Counted from the first letter of the stretch, positions 31,688 through 42,214 are shown. The stretch: 44,698 bases of DNA from Rheinheimera sp. (GCA_041618685.1 JBFKFH010000001.1:1-44698); one strand, 5' to 3'. Notes: a model not told the origin generated them from the letters alone. Made by a program: numbers and translations.

Positions 31688-32269
31688 ATGCAGGAACACA
31701 TTCGCCAGCTTTTTAGCGAAAATATACAAACTATGATTGCCGCCGGTGAAAGCCTGGCCGGGCCGCTGGAAAATGCGGCCTTTGTTATCGTTAACAATCT
31801 GGTAAGCGGCGGCAAAGTGATATGCTGCGGCGATGGTGCCACAAATGCACTGGCCAGCCATTTCTCGCAATTGTTGCTAGATCAGTTTGAAACAGAGCGG
31901 CCCTGCTTGCCGGCACTGGCTTTACAAGCTCACAACGACAGCCTGCATCACAGCCATCAGCAGGATTATCTGGCACGGCAAATTAAAGCATTAGGCCAGA
32001 GCAATGATGTCTTACTGGTGGTATCGGCTACCGGCAGTGAACCCAGCCTGATAAAAGCGGTCGAAGCGGCATTAACCAATGATATGAAAGTTATTGCGTT
32101 AACTGTAGATGGCAGCGGCGAGCTATCCGGCTTACTAAACCAACAAGATGTAGAGCTGAAAGTACCGGCACACCGCCGGGCACGCATTTTTGAGTGCTAC
32201 ACCTTTTTACTGCACACTTTGTGCGAACTTATCGACATGACGCTGTTTCCGCAACAAGGAGATTTATGA
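31688..32269 (+). CDS. diaA: SIS-domain DiaA/GmhA-like protein
   Basis: GGKVICCG, FETERPCLPALAL and LHTLCELID; lies between yraN and dolP. The GmhA catalytic motifs are degenerate. Confidence 0.7.
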   Translation: MQEHIRQLFSENIQTMIAAGESLAGPLENAAFVIVNNLVSGGKVICCGDGATNALASHFSQLLLDQFETERPCLPALALQAHNDSLHHSHQQDYLARQIKALGQSNDVLLVVSATGSEPSLIKAVEAALTNDMKVIALTVDGSGELSGLLNQQDVELKVPAHRRARIFECYTFLLHTLCELIDMTLFPQQGDL

Positions 32270-32841
32270 ATACGGTAAAATTACTATGTGCCTGCACCCT
32301 GCTCGCACTGTTGCAAGGATGTGCAGCGGCGATAGTTGCCGGTGGCGCATCGGCAGTGACATCGGCTAACGACCGGCGCACCCTGGGTGCACAGATTGAT
32401 GATACAAATGTTGTGCTAAACGCGCAACGCGCCCTGGCCGATCATCCGGCCACCGCAGAAGGCAGCAATATTAATGTCAGTAGCTACAACGGTGTAGCAT
32501 TGCTTACCGGCCAAACCAGCAGCGAACAAATTCGCCAGCAGGCTCAGGCCTTAGTTGGCGCTATAGACGGCGTGCGGGATGTGCAGAACCAAATCCGGAT
32601 TGGCAACAACACCGCGATGACAACCCGTACCCGTGACGGCTGGATCTCGACCAAGGTAAAAACCCAGTTATTAGCCGATGAACAGGTCAGTGGCCTGAAC
32701 ATTAAAGTGATTACTGAAAACGCTGAAGTATTTTTAATGGGTATTGTCAGTGAACAGGAAGCGGCAAAAGCGGTTGACATTGCCCGTCATGTCGATGGCG
32801 TGTCACGCGTAATTAAAGCCTTTGAAATTCGTCAGAACTAA
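32266..32841 (+). CDS. dolP: Dual-BON lipoprotein DolP
   Basis: Lipobox LQGC, DRRTLGAQIDD and two BON domains (LLTGQ, DGWISTKVK, VFLMG). ATG 32266 overlaps the diaA stop (ATGA). Confidence 0.92.
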   Translation: MNTVKLLCACTLLALLQGCAAAIVAGGASAVTSANDRRTLGAQIDDTNVVLNAQRALADHPATAEGSNINVSSYNGVALLTGQTSSEQIRQQAQALVGAIDGVRDVQNQIRIGNNTAMTTRTRDGWISTKVKTQLLADEQVSGLNIKVITENAEVFLMGIVSEQEAAKAVDIARHVDGVSRVIKAFEIRQN

Positions 32842-32843
32842 AT

Positions 32844-32869
32844 AAAAAGGCCGCTAAGCGGCCTTTTTT
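32844..32869. terminator. Bidirectional intrinsic terminator
   Basis: AAAAAGGCCGC-taa-GCGGCCTTTTT between the convergent dolP and DUF599 genes. Confidence 0.88.
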
Positions 32870-32925
32870 CTTCTGTTAAGACTGACACTCAACTGACAAA
32901 TTATTCGCAAAAACCTGATAACCGC

Positions 32926-33603
32926 TTAGCACTCCTGCAACGCCTTTAGCACCTTTGAATGAAATTCGCGCTGTTTCATCACCAGCATGACCACCACCGA
33001 TGCCACCATAAACATAATGGGATCGATAAACCACGCCAGTGCTGACAGTGAGAAATAAATTGAGCGCAAACCATAGTTAAATGAGTGCCCGGCCTGATCA
33101 ATCACCTTCGATGCCCGGTTGGCATACAGTTGTTGCTCTTCTGTCGTCATATCACGACCATCCGGCGCGGCACCAATTAACACGCCACAAAAACCGTACT
33201 GGCGTAATGACCAGGTGAACTGAAAAAAGGCAAACACAAAGATAAAGGCCAGCAAGAGTAATTTAAGCTGCACTGAACCTTCGGTGTAATTCGCCCAGGG
33301 CACAAGGTTCGATAACATTAAGCTAAGCTTTTCTGCCGACGTCATCGCCGTAAGTAAACCGGCCAAAATTAACAGTGTGCTCGAGGCAAAAAACGTGACG
33401 TTGCGCTCTAATGTAGAGATAAGCCCAACATCGGCCATCTTGTTATCGCGCAGTAGCATTTTCTGCATCCAGTCATTGCGCTTACGACGCAGTTCAAACG
33501 ATAAACAACTTACCGCCTTGGCTCGCCGTTTGGCAAATAAGGTGTAGCCAACCCATAAGCAAAAAAACCAGACAACCGCTATTAAATCCATACTGTATGC
33601 CAC
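32926..33603 (-). CDS. DUF599-family membrane protein
   Basis: RNDWMQKML.RDN, FFASSTLLILAG and FNYGLRSIYF with several TMs; GTG start after GGAGG. Confidence 0.85.
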   Translation of the reverse strand: MAYSMDLIAVVWFFCLWVGYTLFAKRRAKAVSCLSFELRRKRNDWMQKMLLRDNKMADVGLISTLERNVTFFASSTLLILAGLLTAMTSAEKLSLMLSNLVPWANYTEGSVQLKLLLLAFIFVFAFFQFTWSLRQYGFCGVLIGAAPDGRDMTTEEQQLYANRASKVIDQAGHSFNYGLRSIYFSLSALAWFIDPIMFMVASVVVMLVMKQREFHSKVLKALQEC

Positions 33604-33640
33604 GATATTCCTCCACTGCTAGCGCTGGGTTAAGCTTACG

Positions 33641-34549
33641 CTATATTAGCTTTGCCTGCAGCCGGCGCTGACGATTAAATTGCCACGCATCAAGGGTATA
33701 CAGCAATAATGCCAGCCAGATTAAACCAAAGGTAATAAGGCGCCCGGCGGCAAAAGGCTCATGGTATAACCAGACGCCAAACACAAACATGCAGCTGGGG
33801 CCTATATACTGAAAAAAGCCCATGGTAGAGAGCTGCAGCCGTCTGGCACCGGCGATAAAACATAATAACGGCACCGTGGTAACCAGGCTGGCAGCAACCA
33901 GATAGCTGTTTAATTGCCAGCTGTTGTGCAGCAAGTTCACTGCACTGCTGTCGGCAAACTGCCACCAGTACCACAACGCCAACGGCAGTAACAATAATGA
34001 TTCAATAAACAACCCGCTCACAGCATCGACCGCCAGCTTTTTTCGCATTAAACCGTAAATAGCAAACGAGCCGGCGAGCGTCAGCGCTATCCAGGGTAAG
34101 GAACCAAATGTAATCAGCTGAATTAGCACGCCGCTACAGGCCAGAGCAACTGCCGCCCATTGCAGCTTGCGCAGCCGCTCTTGCAAAAACAACATGCCCA
34201 GCAGCACATTTAATAGCGGGTTAATGTAGTAGCCTAAGCTGGCGTCAAGCATGTGATTGCTGTTTACCGCCCAGATAAACAGGCCCCAGTTACCGCCCAG
34301 CAGCACCGCCGACAACAACAACCAGCCTAATGTTTTCGCCTGGCGCAGGATGGCCATGACGTTGCCACCTTGCTTTAACGCCACTAGCACCAGTAGTAAC
34401 AGCAGAAATGACCAGACAATACGGTGCACCAGTATTTCGCTGGCAGGTATAAAATCGATTTGCTTAAAATACAGCGGCGCTAGCCCCCATAAACTATAGG
34501 CAGAGGCGGCAAAAATCCCCCCCAGTTTTTGTTCGCGCGTTAAAGACAT
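33641..34549 (-). CDS. rarD: EamA-family transporter RarD
   Basis: AYSLWGLAPLYFK, EILVHRIVWS, ASLGYYINPL and GFFQYIGP. Confidence 0.95.
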   Translation of the reverse strand: MSLTREQKLGGIFAASAYSLWGLAPLYFKQIDFIPASEILVHRIVWSFLLLLLVLVALKQGGNVMAILRQAKTLGWLLLSAVLLGGNWGLFIWAVNSNHMLDASLGYYINPLLNVLLGMLFLQERLRKLQWAAVALACSGVLIQLITFGSLPWIALTLAGSFAIYGLMRKKLAVDAVSGLFIESLLLLPLALWYWWQFADSSAVNLLHNSWQLNSYLVAASLVTTVPLLCFIAGARRLQLSTMGFFQYIGPSCMFVFGVWLYHEPFAAGRLITFGLIWLALLLYTLDAWQFNRQRRLQAKLI

Positions 34550-34629
34550 TGCAGCAGGCTCCGGTAAATGAGCCGCTATTATACGCGCAATAGTATTATC
34601 CGCGCAGCGCAGCCGTCGGTAAAAACCGG

Positions 34630-35082
34630 TCAGCCAACTAAATAAGTGCCGGTACCCAGCGCAATATGCACACCCTGTTCATTGTGTAGCTCCATCCGGC
34701 ACACCGCGACCTTGTTGCCAGCTCTGATCACACGAGCGGTAGCGATGAACTGCTCGCCACGGCCCGGCCGTAAATAGTCAGTGCGGATGTCTATAGTGCT
34801 CATTTTGCCAAGCCGCTCGACAAGCTCTGCAGGCTCAACGTCAGCCAGGCGCCCCAATGCACTGGACACTGCCATAATGCCACCTGCTACATCCAGCACT
34901 GAGGCTATCACACCGCCGTGTAATATTTTCTGCAACGGATTGCCTATTAACTGTTCTGACCAGCTAAAGCTCACCTCGACGCTATCTTCACCAAAGCCGG
35001 TGACTTTTAATCCCAACAAGCGATTGAATGGCATTTGGTCAAAAGTGCTGGTAATCATCGGAAGCAACGGACTGTTTTGCAT
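34630..35082 (-). CDS. yigI: Hotdog-fold thioesterase (YigI-like)
   Basis: MPFNRLLG, LHGGVIASVLD and TIDIRTDYLRPGRG; adjacent to rarD. Confidence 0.85.
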   Translation of the reverse strand: MQNSPLLPMITSTFDQMPFNRLLGLKVTGFGEDSVEVSFSWSEQLIGNPLQKILHGGVIASVLDVAGGIMAVSSALGRLADVEPAELVERLGKMSTIDIRTDYLRPGRGEQFIATARVIRAGNKVAVCRMELHNEQGVHIALGTGTYLVG

Positions 35083-35231
35083 AGTTTTCTCACTGGTAAG
35101 ACCTTAATGTCATCTTTAGGCAGTCTACCCTACACGGCTTGGTTCGCAACCTGCTGACAATAATTTGTTGTTTCTGTGCGGAGTAATTGCCTTTAGAATG
35201 GCGGCTTATTTTTGCTAACACCTGGTACTAA

Positions 35232-37055
35232 GTGATAGACGATCTGCTGCCCCTGCTAAAACAAGCCTTTGGATACAGCGAATTCCGTGATGGTCAGCTG
35301 GAGGTAATCCAGGCTGCGCTGTCAGGCCGGGACAGCTTTGTGCTGATGCCAACCGGTGGCGGCAAATCGCTGTGCTATCAGCTGCCTGCACTGATGCTAC
35401 CGCAAGTTACCTTAGTGGTATCGCCGTTGATGTCACTGATGAAAGATCAGGTTGATGCGCTACAAGCCAATGGCATCGCCGCCGAATTCATTAACAGCAG
35501 TTTAAGCCGGGAACAGGTACTACAGGTGTTTGCCAGGCTGCGCCGTGGCGAGCTGAAGTTACTCTATGTCGCGCCGGAAAGGCTACTGCAACCGCAATTT
35601 CTCGATCGGCTGCAAGATGTTGGCGTCAGCCTGTTTGCCATCGACGAAGCGCACTGTATCTCACAGTGGGGCCACGATTTTCGCCCCGACTACATGGCGT
35701 TGGCACTGCTAAAACAACGCTTCCCAATGGTGCCGGTTATGGCGTTGACCGCGACCGCAGACGCAGCAACCCGGCGCGATATTTTGCAGCAGCTCACGTT
35801 GCAACATCCTTTAGTGCATCTGGGTAGTTTTGACCGGCCCAATATCCGTTATACCGTACAGGAAAAATTTCGCCCGGTTGAACAACTGGTTAGCTACCTG
35901 CAGCAACAAGACGGTGCCAGTGGCATTGTGTATTGTGGTTCACGGCGTAAAGTGGATGAATTGACCGAACAGTTAAAACAGCGCGGTTTTAATGCCGCTG
36001 CTTACCATGCTGGCATGAGCAGCGAAGATCGCAACACAGTGCAGGATGCATTTAAACGTGATGATTACCAGCTGATAGTGGCAACAGTGGCGTTTGGTAT
36101 GGGCGTGAACAAATCAAATATCCGCTTTGTCGTGCACTTTGAACTGCCGCGCACTATTGAGGCTTACTATCAGGAAACCGGCCGTGCCGGACGGGACGGT
36201 GTTGCCGCAGAAGCGGTATTGTTGTTCGATCCGGCTGACATTGCAAAAATGAAACGCTGGCTTGATGCTGAAGAAAACGCCCAGCGCGCGGAAGTAGCCT
36301 GGCAGCGGTTTCTAGCGATGGCCGCTTTTGCTGAGGCCCAAACCTGCCGCCGGCTGGTTCTGCTGAACTATTTTGGCGAAGCCCGGCAAACCCGCTGCGG
36401 TAACTGTGACAGCTGCCTGCAGCCACCTCAGCAATTTGACGGAACCGAGTTAGCGCAAAAAGCCCTGTCTTGTGTGTACCGGGTAGGTCAGAGCTTTGGT
36501 ATGCATCATGTTATTGATGTGTTGCGCGGCGGGCAAAACCAGAAAATTGTTGAACTGGGCCATGACAAATTATCTACCTGGGGTATCGGCAAAGAGTTAA
36601 GCCACGATTATTGGCTGAGTATTTTGCGACAGCTAATCCACTTTGGTCTGCTGCAGCAAGACATTACCGCGCACTCGGTATTGAAGCTGCAACCGGCCTC
36701 CCGCACTATATTACGCGGAGAAACCCGCTTAGCACTGGCGGTGCCGCGCTTACAAAGTGTCAAACGCGAACCCGAACGGCTGAGCAAACAACAGTATGAT
36801 CGCGCTCTGTTTGGCCGGTTAAAAACCTTACGTAAACATATTGCCCAGCGCGACGATGTGCCGCCTTTTGTCGTGTTCAGTGATGCCAGTTTAATTGAGA
36901 TGTGTCAGCAGTTACCCACAGACAATCGCAGCCTGCTGGCTATTTCTGGCGTAGGCCAAACCAAGTTGGCACGCTATGGTGCCGACTTTATTGATGAAAT
37001 TAGTGATTATCTGGCCGCAGACAATCAGCCGCCGCCGGGTAAACTGGCAAAGTAA
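35232..37055 (+). CDS. recQ: ATP-dependent DNA helicase RecQ
   Basis: [40 protein letters not shown] zinc ligands (CRR...CGNCDSC), and an HRDC domain ([12 protein letters not shown]). Confidence 0.98.
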   Translation: MIDDLLPLLKQAFGYSEFRDGQLEVIQAALSGRDSFVLMPTGGGKSLCYQLPALMLPQVTLVVSPLMSLMKDQVDALQANGIAAEFINSSLSREQVLQVFARLRRGELKLLYVAPERLLQPQFLDRLQDVGVSLFAIDEAHCISQWGHDFRPDYMALALLKQRFPMVPVMALTATADAATRRDILQQLTLQHPLVHLGSFDRPNIRYTVQEKFRPVEQLVSYLQQQDGASGIVYCGSRRKVDELTEQLKQRGFNAAAYHAGMSSEDRNTVQDAFKRDDYQLIVATVAFGMGVNKSNIRFVVHFELPRTIEAYYQETGRAGRDGVAAEAVLLFDPADIAKMKRWLDAEENAQRAEVAWQRFLAMAAFAEAQTCRRLVLLNYFGEARQTRCGNCDSCLQPPQQFDGTELAQKALSCVYRVGQSFGMHHVIDVLRGGQNQKIVELGHDKLSTWGIGKELSHDYWLSILRQLIHFGLLQQDITAHSVLKLQPASRTILRGETRLALAVPRLQSVKREPERLSKQQYDRALFGRLKTLRKHIAQRDDVPPFVVFSDASLIEMCQQLPTDNRSLLAISGVGQTKLARYGADFIDEISDYLAADNQPPPGKLAK

Positions 37056-37330
37056 GCAGCCAGGTTGGTCACATCAGCATCGGTTAAACCAGCCGCCATC
37101 GGCGACATTATCGGATTTTTCCGCTCGCCATCGCGGTATGCTTTAATAGCAGCTTCCAGATATTTGGTTTTTTGCCCGGCCAAATTAGGATAATCCGGTA
37201 TGATTGAGATGCCGTTACTGCCATGACAGGCGGCACATACCGCTGCTTTGGTTTTTCCGGCGGCAACATCCGCAGCCGTGGCTGCCGAGGTTAGCAATAA
37301 TGCACTCAGTACTAACACAAGTTGTTTCAT
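37025..37330 (-). CDS. Periplasmic monoheme cytochrome c (c553/c554-like)
   Basis: Signal peptide, CAACHG heme motif, YPNLAGQ, and axial-Met region IMSPMA. Confidence 0.93.
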   Translation of the reverse strand: MKQLVLVLSALLLTSAATAADVAAGKTKAAVCAACHGSNGISIIPDYPNLAGQKTKYLEAAIKAYRDGERKNPIMSPMAAGLTDADVTNLAAYFASLPGGG

Positions 37331-37519
37331 CGGTGCTCCAATCTTATTTTTATCAGATGTAGTTATAACCTAAGTGGCTGAATGCTCAAGCCATATATAC
37401 GTCTGCTGTAATGTTTTTCCGCATAACATACAATTCAGCCGTTTTTCTGCTGACACTATAAGATACGGTATGTTACTGTTTAACCGCTAATTAATTCACA
37501 TTATCCAGTTCAACAGGGA

Positions 37520-40399
37520 GTGTCTGACGTGAGAATTGCCATGTATGGTGTCTTGCTGCTGTTATGGCTGTTCAGCACTGCTACTGCCGCCTTTCATGCC
37601 GAAACAAACCGCCTGCACAGCAGCACATTGAGCGATAGACAGTCGCTGCGCGAGCTGTATTTTCAACTGACACCCGTGACCACATCACTGGACGATATAT
37701 TGGCCGATCCAGCCAACCATCACAGCTTTCATTTGCTCACATCGTCACGGCGTCTTTTGTTCAACGAGCATCAAGCCGTCTGGTTGTTCGCCCGGTTAGA
37801 AAATACCGGTAACCGGCCGCTGCATACTGTACTGGAGTACGATTTTCCGCTGGCTGACAAAATTGAGATTTATCAGGTTAACCGGCACAGTCAGGATGTG
37901 TCCCTATTAAGCCGCACCGGTAATGATTATCCGTTTAACGAGCGCGCACTGCCCTACCGCTCTTTTGCTGTCAGCCTGGTGCTGCCGCCTGCGGCAGAAA
38001 TAGACATCTATATCAAAGTGCAGGATGCCGCCGTTGTACCCAGCGAACTGCAGCTATGGCGCTATGATCACTTTATCGCGGTTCAACAGCAAGAAGCCAT
38101 GCTGGACGGTTTGTTGCAAGGTTTTTTGTTGCTGCTAGCTATGTATAATCTGCTGTTGTTTAGCCGCAGCAAAGCCCTGTATTACCTGTATTATGCTGGC
38201 TACTTCGTAAGCTTTGCTCTGGTAGTGGCCGTGCTTAATGGCATGGCCTTTGCCTTGCTGTGGCCCGGCTATCCGGAAATCAACCAGGCTGTTTTGTATA
38301 TCGTAGCCGGCGTTAACCTGTTGTGCCTGAATCTGTTTGTACGCTATGTCGTACACAGCTTGTCAGGTTTCTGGTGGCATTGCTGCAGCCATATCAGCAG
38401 TTTTGTCGCGCTATTGCTACTATTTAGCCCGTTGTTCGCCGGTGGCCAGCTGCGACTGTATCTGTTGTTCTTTGCGGTGTGCTGGGTATTAGGCACCAAT
38501 CTGCTATTAGCACTGCACCTGAGTATAAAGGGGCAAGCGCAAGCCAGAAGTTTTATCTGGGCCTGTGTGTTTACACTGATTAGTGCATTGCTACTGACGC
38601 TTAATCAGGCTGGCTACCTACATTACGATTTCAACTGGCTTTATATTCTGTTTGCTCTGGTGTTGCTGTGCCTGGCGCTTACCAGCTTTAATCTGCAACA
38701 ACTTAAATCCGCTGCCGAACAGCCAGTAAGTACCGATGCTGAGTTGCAGCAGTATCACGATATATTTCATCATGCGGTTGAAGGCATGTTCACGACAACG
38801 CCTGATGGCAAACTGTTAAATGCAAACCAGGCGTTATTAACGATTCTGGGCTACCACAGTTTAGACGAGTTGAAACAAGCCGTTGGTGGTAGCGGCATGG
38901 CCCGTTTTTATGCCGACCCGGCTGAACGCCAGTACATGTTGCAACAGCTGGAGCAACGCAGTAGCAAAAGCTTCGAAATTCGCGGCTTGCGAGCTGATAG
39001 CAGCCCTTTCTGGGCGCTAATGTCAGTGCGGCTTGCACCGTCTGATAACACGCATCCGGCCTTTGTGCATGGCTCTGTCATCGACATTACCGAACAAAAG
39101 CTGGCGCACGAACAGCTTGCCTATCTGGCAAATCATGATGCGCTGACCTCGCTGTACAATCGGTTTTACTTCGAACAGCAACTGCAGACGCTATGTAGCC
39201 AGCCTGGAATAGGTAAAGGCTGCGTCATGTTTATTGATGTGGACCAGTTCAGGGCGATAAACAGCGGTTGCAGCCACAGTGCCGGTGATGCGCTGCTAAA
39301 ACAGCTGAGCGAAGTGTTAAAACGCGCCACGCACCACAATGGGCCGTTGGCCCGGCTTGACGGCGATGAGTTTGCTATCCTGCTGGCCGGTAAAAATGCC
39401 AATGAGGCTTTCTCTTTAGCCTATCGATTACTCGATGCTGTGCGCGAATTTCGCTTTATCTGGCAAGACCATGTTTACAGTATTAGTATCTGCGTTGGCA
39501 TTGCCGAAGTGCAGCAAGATGACTCGGCTGCTGACAGCGTCCTGAAAAAAGCCGACGCCGCCTGCAGTATTGCCAAAGAAAAAGGCCATAACCGCATCCA
39601 GTTGTTTGATATAAACGATGAGGATACCCAGCGCCATCAGTCTGAAGTACGCTGGACAACACAATTGCGCCAGGCCATACAGGAAGACCGCTTTGTGCTG
39701 TATCAGCAAGCTATCCGTACACAGGAGGCAACATCAAGCACGGAACACTATGAAGTGTTGCTACGTTTAACAGCTGAAGATGACAGCCTGATCCCCCCTG
39801 GCAGCTTTTTAAGCTCTGCCGAACGCTACGGCCTGATGCCGCAAATAGACCGCTGGGTGATCAGGCAGTATTTTCGCTGGTTGCAGCAACAGCCGGAGCA
39901 TTTAAACCAACTTTATCTGTGCCATATCAATGTGTCCGGTGCCGCATTGCTCGATAGCAGTTTTACAGCTGATGTGCAGCAACTGTTTGAAAAATATCAG
40001 ATCCCGTTTGAACGTATCTGTTTTGAAATCACCGAAAGTGTCGCCATCGTCAACCTGCAGGCTACGCTGAGCTTTATCGACCATTTCCGGCCACAAGGCT
40101 GTCGCATTGCACTGGATAACTTCGGCAGTGGTTTTTCATCCTACAACTATCTGAAACACTTCCCGCTAGATTTCGTCAAAATAGACGGCCATTTTGTCCG
40201 GGACATGCTCGATGATCACTACGACAGCGCCATTGTGAAATCTATTCATGATGTTGCCCGGGCCATGGGCATTCAAACAGTAGCTGCTTTCGTTGAAACC
40301 GACGATGTACTGCCGGCATTGCAGCAAATGGGGATAGACAACGTGCAGGGCTATGCTATTGCGCGTCCAATGCCGCTTAGTAGTTTATTGCAGCTATAA
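37520..40399 (+). CDS. 7TMR-DISM sensor with PAS, GGDEF and EAL domains (catalytic motifs degenerate)
   Basis: Periplasmic DISMED2-like region (RTGNDYPFNER), ~7 TMs, PAS (IFHHAVEGMF...DITEQK), GGDEF (HDALTSLYNR...ARLDGDEF), and EAL (EVLLR, FEITE, VKID, QGY). Start uncertain (GTG 37520 or ATG 37541). Confidence 0.9.
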   Translation: MSDVRIAMYGVLLLLWLFSTATAAFHAETNRLHSSTLSDRQSLRELYFQLTPVTTSLDDILADPANHHSFHLLTSSRRLLFNEHQAVWLFARLENTGNRPLHTVLEYDFPLADKIEIYQVNRHSQDVSLLSRTGNDYPFNERALPYRSFAVSLVLPPAAEIDIYIKVQDAAVVPSELQLWRYDHFIAVQQQEAMLDGLLQGFLLLLAMYNLLLFSRSKALYYLYYAGYFVSFALVVAVLNGMAFALLWPGYPEINQAVLYIVAGVNLLCLNLFVRYVVHSLSGFWWHCCSHISSFVALLLLFSPLFAGGQLRLYLLFFAVCWVLGTNLLLALHLSIKGQAQARSFIWACVFTLISALLLTLNQAGYLHYDFNWLYILFALVLLCLALTSFNLQQLKSAAEQPVSTDAELQQYHDIFHHAVEGMFTTTPDGKLLNANQALLTILGYHSLDELKQAVGGSGMARFYADPAERQYMLQQLEQRSSKSFEIRGLRADSSPFWALMSVRLAPSDNTHPAFVHGSVIDITEQKLAHEQLAYLANHDALTSLYNRFYFEQQLQTLCSQPGIGKGCVMFIDVDQFRAINSGCSHSAGDALLKQLSEVLKRATHHNGPLARLDGDEFAILLAGKNANEAFSLAYRLLDAVREFRFIWQDHVYSISICVGIAEVQQDDSAADSVLKKADAACSIAKEKGHNRIQLFDINDEDTQRHQSEVRWTTQLRQAIQEDRFVLYQQAIRTQEATSSTEHYEVLLRLTAEDDSLIPPGSFLSSAERYGLMPQIDRWVIRQYFRWLQQQPEHLNQLYLCHINVSGAALLDSSFTADVQQLFEKYQIPFERICFEITESVAIVNLQATLSFIDHFRPQGCRIALDNFGSGFSSYNYLKHFPLDFVKIDGHFVRDMLDDHYDSAIVKSIHDVARAMGIQTVAAFVETDDVLPALQQMGIDNVQGYAIARPMPLSSLLQL

Positions 40400-40518
40400 A
40401 ATATATTTACGTTGCCCTATTGCTGTAAGAATGACCAACTCAGTACAATGCCGGCGCGATATCTCATCGCTCCTTAACAGGCAAACCTAAATTAATATAC
40501 GTTTCGTTCGGAGTCTTT

Positions 40519-41124
40519 ATGCAACGGCTGCGTGAATTATCGCGTCGTGTTGAGGCTGTGTATGGCGAAATAGCGACAACCTTTTCAACCTATCAGCAAC
40601 AGCGTGGTTTAACTTGCCGCTCTGGTTGCGGTGAGTGCTGTTTGCAACCGACGATTGAAGCGACGGTGCTGGAAATGTTGCCGCTGGCATTACACTTGTT
40701 TGATCAAGGTAAGGCAGAACAAACACTGACACAACTCGAAGAGTTAACAGCACCTCAGAGCTGCTTATTTTATCAGAAGCTGTCGTTTGACGGAAAACAG
40801 GGCCAATGCAGTGTTTACCAGCACCGGCCGAGTATTTGCCGCATGTTCGGCGCGGCAGGCTATCGTGATAAACAAGGCAAAACAGCGTTATCCAGCTGTA
40901 AAATTATCAAGACCGAGCAAGCGGCACGGTATCAGGACACCTTAATTGCACTGGAGTCTGACCCGCCGCCGCTGATGATTATGGCCAAAGAGCAGGTCAA
41001 CGAATTGGACTATGAGCTGGGGAAACAACACCTGCCCATCAATGATGCCTTGCAGCAAGCACTGGAAAAGGTGTTATTTAAAGCCTGGTACAGTGGCTTC
41101 AACGATGATCAGCAAATTGCCTGA
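40519..41124 (+). CDS. YkgJ-family cysteine-cluster (CxxCxxCC-type) protein
   Basis: CRSGCGECC...CLFY...CSVYQHRPSICRMFG. Confidence 0.85.
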   Translation: MQRLRELSRRVEAVYGEIATTFSTYQQQRGLTCRSGCGECCLQPTIEATVLEMLPLALHLFDQGKAEQTLTQLEELTAPQSCLFYQKLSFDGKQGQCSVYQHRPSICRMFGAAGYRDKQGKTALSSCKIIKTEQAARYQDTLIALESDPPPLMIMAKEQVNELDYELGKQHLPINDALQQALEKVLFKAWYSGFNDDQQIA

Positions 41125-41129
41125 AATCA

Positions 41130-41159
41130 GGTAGCAACTCGCCTTCGCGGGTTGCTACC
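41130..41159. terminator. Stable hairpin between convergent genes
   Basis: GGTAGCAACTCGC-cttc-GCGGGTTGCTACC, a 13-bp stem with one G-U pair and no U-tract. Confidence 0.55.
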
Positions 41160-41166
41160 CCATAGC

Positions 41167-42186
41167 TTACCAGCCGGACAGTACCACTTTACCAATCGCT
41201 TTACCGCTTTCCAGCAACTGATGTGCCTGGCGCAGGTTAGCCGCATTGATGCTGCCAAACGTTTGTTTTAACGTTGTTTTAATCTGCCCTTGCTGGATTA
41301 GCCGGCTTAAATCAGTCAACAGCTGATGCTGTGCCTGCATATCGGGGGTGGTAAACATGGCACGGGTAAACATAAACTCCCAATGCACAGAAATGCTTTT
41401 TTGCTTCAGCAACCGGATATCAATGCCATTCGCAGGGTCATCAATCAACGCTAACTTGCCTTGTGGTGCCAGTAACTGCACCAGCTCAGCATAATGTTGC
41501 TCGGTGTGGGTTAAACTGGCAACGTGGCTGACACAAGTTAAATCCAGTGCCTGTAGTTGCGGTAACAACGGCTGACTATGATCCAATACATAATGGGCGC
41601 CTAATTCGGTGACCCATTGTTTGCTTTCAGGCCGCGATGCAGTAGCAATAACCGTCGCCGTCGTCAGCTGCCGCGCCAGCTGCACCAACACCGAACCTAC
41701 ACCACCGGCGGCGCCGGTAATGAGCAACACCGGATGAGGGTGCTTTAAACTTGGCAACTGTACTTCCAGCCGGTCAAACAACAACTCCCAGGCTGTAATA
41801 GCCGTTAACGGCAGCGCTGCGGCTTCGGCATAGCTGAGGTTATCCGGCATAATGGCAACCAAACGCTCGTCTACCAGCTGCAATTCACTATTGCTGCCGG
41901 GCCGGGTAATACTGCCGGCGTAAAATACCTTATCACCGGGCTTAAATAAGCTGACATCGTCGCCTACCGCGACCACCTCACCCGCCGCATCCCAGCCTAA
42001 TACTTTAAATTGCCCGACTTGTGGCGCAGCACGTTGGCGTACTTTGGTATCAACCGGGTTAACAGATACCGCAGCCACCCGTACTAAAATATCACGCCCG
42101 CTGGCCACGGGCTCAGGCAGGTCAATATCCTGCAACGCCAGAGCATCTGTGGCGGGTAATGACTGTTGATAACCTACTGCTTTCAT
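41167..42186 (-). CDS. Zinc-binding alcohol dehydrogenase family/NADPH:quinone oxidoreductase-like MDR protein
   Basis: SVNPVDTK, LGWDAAG, AAALPLTAITAWE, GAAGGVG and HWEFMFTR; no catalytic Zn cysteines, so QOR-like. Confidence 0.9.
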   Translation of the reverse strand: MKAVGYQQSLPATDALALQDIDLPEPVASGRDILVRVAAVSVNPVDTKVRQRAAPQVGQFKVLGWDAAGEVVAVGDDVSLFKPGDKVFYAGSITRPGSNSELQLVDERLVAIMPDNLSYAEAAALPLTAITAWELLFDRLEVQLPSLKHPHPVLLITGAAGGVGSVLVQLARQLTTATVIATASRPESKQWVTELGAHYVLDHSQPLLPQLQALDLTCVSHVASLTHTEQHYAELVQLLAPQGKLALIDDPANGIDIRLLKQKSISVHWEFMFTRAMFTTPDMQAQHQLLTDLSRLIQQGQIKTTLKQTFGSINAANLRQAHQLLESGKAIGKVVLSGW

Positions 42187-42214
42187 TTACTGTCTCCTTA
42201 GGGTTAACCCTACC

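Noticed and set aside
35083-35231. LexA box upstream of recQ
   Set aside because: No CTGT-N8-ACAG match found.
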